From: Verrucomicrobiota bacterium
GTDB taxonomy: Bacteria > Chlamydiota > Chlamydiia > Chlamydiales > SM23-39
DNA: 52,166 bases
Assembly: GCA_028873295.1 (NCBI GenBank)
Contig: JAGWKO010000003.1
Location: forward strand, 1-52,166
Direction of reading: 5' to 3'
This document shows, in pieces, positions 47,880-52,166 of the stretch. Position numbers and translations under genes: made by a program. Within the stretch, counting starts at the first letter, position 1. Each line of letters begins with the position of its first letter. Under the pieces are notes generated by a model that saw only the letters and a list, made by a program, of their open reading frames with translations, had not been told where the DNA came from and ran no database searches.

Positions 47880-48990
47880 AGTCGTTCTCCTGAAGGGGAC
47901 GCTTCGCTCTGGCGGCGGGTTGGAAAAGTCTACCTACGCAATCGCACGCGCCTTTGCATCCCAGGGAGACGAGGTAACCATTCTCACTGCAAAAGCTCCC
48001 TCTACTTCGCTTCCCTTCTCTATTCAGACTCTGCCTGTGCTGCAATGGCCTCCCTCCCTGCGCCTAGAGCATTTTGATCGAAAAGTAGCCGACTGGCTTA
48101 GCGCCAATCAAGCAGATCTTGTTCTCGGCATGGAGAGGAATCGCAAGCAGACGCATCTACGAGCGGGGAACGGAGTCCATGCAGCCTGGCTCCAGGTGCG
48201 CCGCGCTCTTGAAGGTCAGTGGCGCTACCGCCTCTCTCTGATCAACCCGCTGCATCGCAAAATCCTGGAGATCGAAAAGAGCGCTTTTGAGGATCCCGGG
48301 CTTCGGCGTCTCATCGTCAATTCTTGCATGGTAAAAGAGGAGCTTCTCTCTTTTTACAAGGTAGATCCCGGGAAGATTGCAGTGGTCCCCAACGGCGTAG
48401 AGTGGAGTGCGTGGCAAACTGCTTTTGACGATTGGAAAGAGGGGAGAAAAAGAGCTCTTTTGCGGTGGGAGCTTGATTCTGAAAAGCTCCATCTTCTTTT
48501 CATCGGGCATGGTTATCTGCGCAAAGGTCTTGACCTTCTGCTTCAGGCGCTGAGCCTTTGGGAAAATAGGGAGGTTCATCTCTCTGTTGTTGGCAAAGAG
48601 AAGGATATGGCGCGCTACTTGAGTCTGGTCAAAGCTCTTAGGTTGGAAAAGAGGGTGCGTTTTTTCGGCCCTCAATCGGAGACCCTCTCCTTTTATCAGA
48701 TGGCAGATGCTCTTATCATCCCTTCATGGTATGATCCTTGCGCTAATGTGACTTTGGAGGCTCTTGCGATGGGACTCTTTGTTCTCTCCTCGCGTGCAAA
48801 TGGTGCTATGGAACTGTTGCCAAAAAAGAGCGGTGCCCTGATTGACGATCTCTGCGATCCTGAGGCTCTTCTTGCCCTACTCCGAACGATTCCTCGAAAA
48901 ACGGCTTATTCGGCAGAAAAGATTCGCCAGGGGATCTCTCATCTCGATGCTCCGTTACAGCTGCAGCGATTTATCGAGGCTTGCAGATGA
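47854..48990 (+). CDS. Glycosyltransferase family 4 (WaaG/RfaG-like)
   Basis: GGGLEK, RAGNGVH, VNSCMVK, RKG, YDPCANVTLEALAMG. Confidence 0.88.
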   Translation: MCSQKTRRKVVLLKGTLRSGGGLEKSTYAIARAFASQGDEVTILTAKAPSTSLPFSIQTLPVLQWPPSLRLEHFDRKVADWLSANQADLVLGMERNRKQTHLRAGNGVHAAWLQVRRALEGQWRYRLSLINPLHRKILEIEKSAFEDPGLRRLIVNSCMVKEELLSFYKVDPGKIAVVPNGVEWSAWQTAFDDWKEGRKRALLRWELDSEKLHLLFIGHGYLRKGLDLLLQALSLWENREVHLSVVGKEKDMARYLSLVKALRLEKRVRFFGPQSETLSFYQMADALIIPSWYDPCANVTLEALAMGLFVLSSRANGAMELLPKKSGALIDDLCDPEALLALLRTIPRKTAYSAEKIRQGISHLDAPLQLQRFIEACR

Positions 48991-50234
48991 TCTCCTATTT
49001 TTGTATTCGCCTTCTTGCTCTGCCACTGCAGTGGGTCCCACTTTCCTGGATTCGCTCTCTTGGCAATTTCTTTGGGGGACTTCTTTTTTACCTCGTCCCG
49101 CACTGGAGAAAGCGCGTTCTTAGCAATCTTAGTCTTGCAACTGGCCTTTTTCTTTCAGAAGAGGAGAAACTTCGCGTTGCAAAGGCTTCCTTCCAAAATC
49201 TTGCGATTGTCTGTCTTGAGTATCCTCGCCTTTGGTCTGAAAAAAAACTCTCCTCCTCCATTGTTTGCGTTAATCCTGATGCAGTGCAAAAGATCTATGA
49301 TCAGGGCAAGGGTGTTGTTTTTTTTTGTGGCCATCTCTCCAACTGGGAAGTGCTTTTTCTTGAGGGCAACACGCGCATGTGTGGGATTGCTGCTGGCAAA
49401 CCGATCAGGAACGAGCGGCTCTATCGCTGGATCGTAGCGATTCGGGAGAAGTATGGAGGAAAAATCGTTGCGCAAAGCGCTGTGATGAAAGAGGGGATAC
49501 GCACTCTTAGGCGCGGAGGTTTTGTCGGTATTGTGGGAGATCAGGCCATGCCGAGCAGCGGATACTCTTTTCCCTTTCTTGGACGCCGCGCCTGGACCTC
49601 AACAGCCCCTGCTCTTCTTTCCTATCGAACGGGAAGTCCCCTTGTTGTTACCTGGTCCAAGAGAACGCCGCAGGGCTATCAGATCTTTCGCTCCGATCCC
49701 ATTTGGCCAAATCGCGCTCTTCCTCCCGAACAGGAGATCCCTCGCATGATGGATCGCTCTCTTGAGATTTTTGAGGCGGCTGTGCGAAGCTCGCCCGGAG
49801 AATGGCTCTGGCAGCACAATCGCTGGAAGCAGCAGACTCCTGCAAGGGTATACAAGCGCTTTCGCCACGATGCGGTCGCTCTTTTTCTTCCGCCCAATCC
49901 CGAAGCGTTTCTGCCTCATCTTTCTACACTTCGCAAGATCTATCCGCTCGAGTTTCTCTTTCTGGCAGCTCCCACTTCATGTCAGGGACAAGACCTCTCC
50001 TTTGTCGACGAACTCTTTTTCTACCGGCAGCCGAGCGATCTTTTTCTCAACGATCAGCGTTGCAAGCTCATCTTCAATTTTTCAGGTCACGCGGCTCTTA
50101 AGCGCCACTATCTGCGTCGCTCTGCTTTGGAGGTGATCGATCTTCCTCTTTTGCAGAAGCTGGCGAAACTTCCCAAGGAAACAGATTTATCAATGCTCTT
50201 TTACCGGGCGCTTTGTCGAGGACCCCATGCCTAG
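48987..50234 (+). CDS. htrB: Lipid A late acyltransferase (HtrB/LpxL family)
   Basis: GHLSNWE, VGDQ, PGEWLWQHNRWK plus the chlamydial C-terminal extension. Confidence 0.85.
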   Translation: MISYFCIRLLALPLQWVPLSWIRSLGNFFGGLLFYLVPHWRKRVLSNLSLATGLFLSEEEKLRVAKASFQNLAIVCLEYPRLWSEKKLSSSIVCVNPDAVQKIYDQGKGVVFFCGHLSNWEVLFLEGNTRMCGIAAGKPIRNERLYRWIVAIREKYGGKIVAQSAVMKEGIRTLRRGGFVGIVGDQAMPSSGYSFPFLGRRAWTSTAPALLSYRTGSPLVVTWSKRTPQGYQIFRSDPIWPNRALPPEQEIPRMMDRSLEIFEAAVRSSPGEWLWQHNRWKQQTPARVYKRFRHDAVALFLPPNPEAFLPHLSTLRKIYPLEFLFLAAPTSCQGQDLSFVDELFFYRQPSDLFLNDQRCKLIFNFSGHAALKRHYLRRSALEVIDLPLLQKLAKLPKETDLSMLFYRALCRGPHA

Positions 50235-50937
50235 TCACCGCTTCTTTGTCGATGCCTCACTCTCTTTGCATGATACTTTCTCCATTGAAGGCGAGGAGTG
50301 GCACCACATGGTGCACGTGATGCGCTCGTCTGAAGGGGAGAGCGTAGAGCTGATCAATGGCAAAGGCCTTCTTGCACAGGCAAAAATCATTTCTTTAGAG
50401 CGCCATCGCGCGCATCTCCTCGTGGAATCTCTGCATCAAGTTCCTCTTCCACATTTTCGCCTTCTTCTTGCGATTCCCTTCATGCGGCCTGCAAAGCTGC
50501 AATGGATCGTTGAAAAGGGGACAGAACTGGGGGTGTTTTCTTTTGTTTTCTACCGCGCGCAGCGATCGGAGCTTTCCCAGCTCTCCTCTTCCCAACTGGA
50601 GCGGCTTCACATCCTCGCTGTCTCTGCTCTCAAACAGTCAGGGGGAGTTTATCTCCCAAGCTTCCAGGTCGTTCCAGATCTTGCTTCTCTTCCAGCGGCA
50701 CCTCTTTCTTTATTTGGCGATCCTTCAGGTGAGGTGCTCTCTTTTGATCCGTTGCCCCCATCGCTGCTCTTTGTCACCGGCCCGGAGAGTGGTTTTGCGC
50801 CAGAGGAAAAGGAATTGCTTGAGAAGAAGGGGAGTGGAGTGCGCTATAACCCCAATACCTTGCGCGCAGAGACTGCCCCCATCGCGGCAGCAGCGATTTT
50901 TCTTCATCATGCGATGTATATACCCAAAAAAAGTTAA
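50227..50937 (+). CDS. rsmE: 16S rRNA m3U1498 methyltransferase
   Basis: HMVHVMR, EKGTELG, GPESGF, LRAETA. Confidence 0.93.
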   Translation: MPSHRFFVDASLSLHDTFSIEGEEWHHMVHVMRSSEGESVELINGKGLLAQAKIISLERHRAHLLVESLHQVPLPHFRLLLAIPFMRPAKLQWIVEKGTELGVFSFVFYRAQRSELSQLSSSQLERLHILAVSALKQSGGVYLPSFQVVPDLASLPAAPLSLFGDPSGEVLSFDPLPPSLLFVTGPESGFAPEEKELLEKKGSGVRYNPNTLRAETAPIAAAAIFLHHAMYIPKKS

Positions 50938-50956
50938 GATTTCGATATATGTACAA

Positions 50957-50999
50957 AAAACGCCAGTATGTCTCATAATGCGAGACATACTGGCGTTTT
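50957..50999. promoter_or_regulatory. Perfect 18-bp inverted repeat; candidate AbiEi operator
   Basis: AAAACGCCAGTATGTCTC-ATAATGC-GAGACATACTGGCGTTTT, 3 bp before the abiEi ATG, with a CATAAT -10-like hexamer at its centre. Confidence 0.65.
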
Positions 51000-51002
51000 C
51001 TT

Positions 51003-51638
51003 ATGAGTTTTGAAGAGTTGCGGAGAAATATTAGGACAGAAGAATTTGACTATCAGACGCTTATGTCTTACTTAACAGAATATGCGAATCCAAGAAATGT
51101 GATTCGTCGTCTTTTGCACGGTCAAAAAATTATTAGGGTTAAAAAGGGGTTTTACGTCTTTGGGGCAGATTACCGCAAGGGACTCATTTGTAAGGAAGTG
51201 TTAGCTAATCAGATCTATGGGCCTTCCTACATTAGTTTTGAGTCGGCTCTTTCTTTCCACGGAATGATCCCAGAAAGGGTGGAGACGCTCACTTCAGCAA
51301 CTACTGGCAAAACACGCATCTTTGACACGCCATTAGGGCGTTTTTCCTATCAACACTTGCCGCTCAGCAAATATACCGTAGGAATGATCATAAAACAGAT
51401 GGATGAACATCATCGTATTTTAATAGCGACTCCTGAAAAGGCTCTGATTGATCTGATCTATGTTTATAAGGGGTTGTCCAATCAGAAAAATTGGGAAGCG
51501 ATATTAGAAGAAGATTTCCGCATTGAGAGTGATGCTCTCAGGGCATTGTCTTTTGAGCAGTTGAGTCTGCTTGCCAACCTTTTTGCTCATCGTCGGATTC
51601 ATCAACTGGTTCAATTTATTCAGAAAAATTATGCATGA
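51003..51638 (+). CDS. Type IV TA antitoxin, AbiEi-like
   Basis: IIRVKKGFY, PSYISFESALSFHGMIPE, ATPEKALID. Confidence 0.85.
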   Translation: MSFEELRRNIRTEEFDYQTLMSYLTEYANPRNVIRRLLHGQKIIRVKKGFYVFGADYRKGLICKEVLANQIYGPSYISFESALSFHGMIPERVETLTSATTGKTRIFDTPLGRFSYQHLPLSKYTVGMIIKQMDEHHRILIATPEKALIDLIYVYKGLSNQKNWEAILEEDFRIESDALRALSFEQLSLLANLFAHRRIHQLVQFIQKNYA

Positions 51639-52054
51639 AGCAATTACACAAATGCTACAGAGGTATTCGTGCGATACGACTGCCGATTATCGCAATGCTT
51701 TGAAAGAGATTTTCCAGGACCTTGTCCTATTCGGTCTATGGCGCCATAAGTTTTTTGAGCATGCGGCTTTCCAAACAATTGCATTTGGAAGAGAAAATAA
51801 AAGTAAAATTCGAAGTCGACACAGATCCTCCAGCTTCATTTTACACGCAGGTTTCTCCTCTCTTTTTTCCTGTGCCTTTCTCGGTTCGTTCCTATAAGAT
51901 ATCTGATATTTTTGCTGGGAAGATTTGCGCATTTCTCTTCAGAGAATGGCGCAATCGGGTAAAGGGAAGGGATTGGTATGATTTTCTTTGGCTTGTAGGA
52001 AAGAAAACCGCTCTTCAAAACTTGATCTTATATGATCAAATGACCAACTTTTGA
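51631..52054 (+). pseudogene. AbiEii nucleotidyltransferase toxin pseudogene
   Basis: NALKEI.Q...L.GL....FFEHAAF is joined out of frame to IKVKFEVDTDPP ... AGK..A...R.W..RVKGRDWYD. The GGT and SEDLDF catalytic segment is absent and the C-terminus is short. Confidence 0.8.
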
Positions 52055-52156
52055 TCGGAGGCTACCACGCTCCCGATTTAATTTCCTGGCGCTGTGAATC
52101 TCTTCACGGTTTTGCCCCTGCGGAAGTGTTACCACCCCACTAGGCAAAACACGCCA
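52054..52156 (-). other. Unassigned structured element (multi-hairpin with GNRA loops)
   Basis: Minus strand: GGCG/CGCC and GTTTTGCC/GGCAAAAC stems, GGGGTG-GTAA-CACTTC and GTGAA-GAGA-TTCAC hairpins. May continue beyond the window. Confidence 0.4.
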
Positions 52157-52166
52157 AGCCCATCGT

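Overview
About 52 kb of a Chlamydiota (environmental chlamydia-like) chromosome. The assignment rests on an Npt1 ATP/ADP translocase, a CHLPS/DUF818-type hydrolase, an Hc2-like histone and Chlamydia-like gene orders (CT768-like/rsfS/fabF/NUDIX; phnP/hflX; CT865-like/glgB; holA/methyltransferase; dacA/ybbR/htrB). The backbone is housekeeping and metabolic: nadD, fabF, bioY, hflX, mtaB, glgB, ligA, miaB, yhhQ-tgt, adk, lepA, npt1, a DASS transporter, acnA, pncB-pncA, dacA-ybbR, htrB and rsmE. Accessory genes include an F-box/34-aa-repeat effector candidate, a Cys-rich secreted peptide, three tandem Lpg1974/MOMP-like porins, an SH2-like protein, an AlbA_2-HATPase protein, a tandem duplicate pseudogene, and an AbiE type IV TA locus whose toxin has lost its catalytic core. 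The most unusual signals are three. (1) A 215-bp protein-less IS200/IS605 derivative keeps a TTTAT target, both end hairpins, overlapping divergent promoter candidates and an omegaRNA-sized right end, directly upstream of the porin cluster. (2) A glutamine synthetase III homologue has apparently lost its catalytic and metal-binding residues but is intact and translationally coupled to nadD. (3) There is a high density of unrelated long palindromic elements (up to 79-bp perfect arms), at least two of which supply the C-terminus and stop codon of a neighbouring gene. All calls come from reading motifs by eye; no database searches were run.
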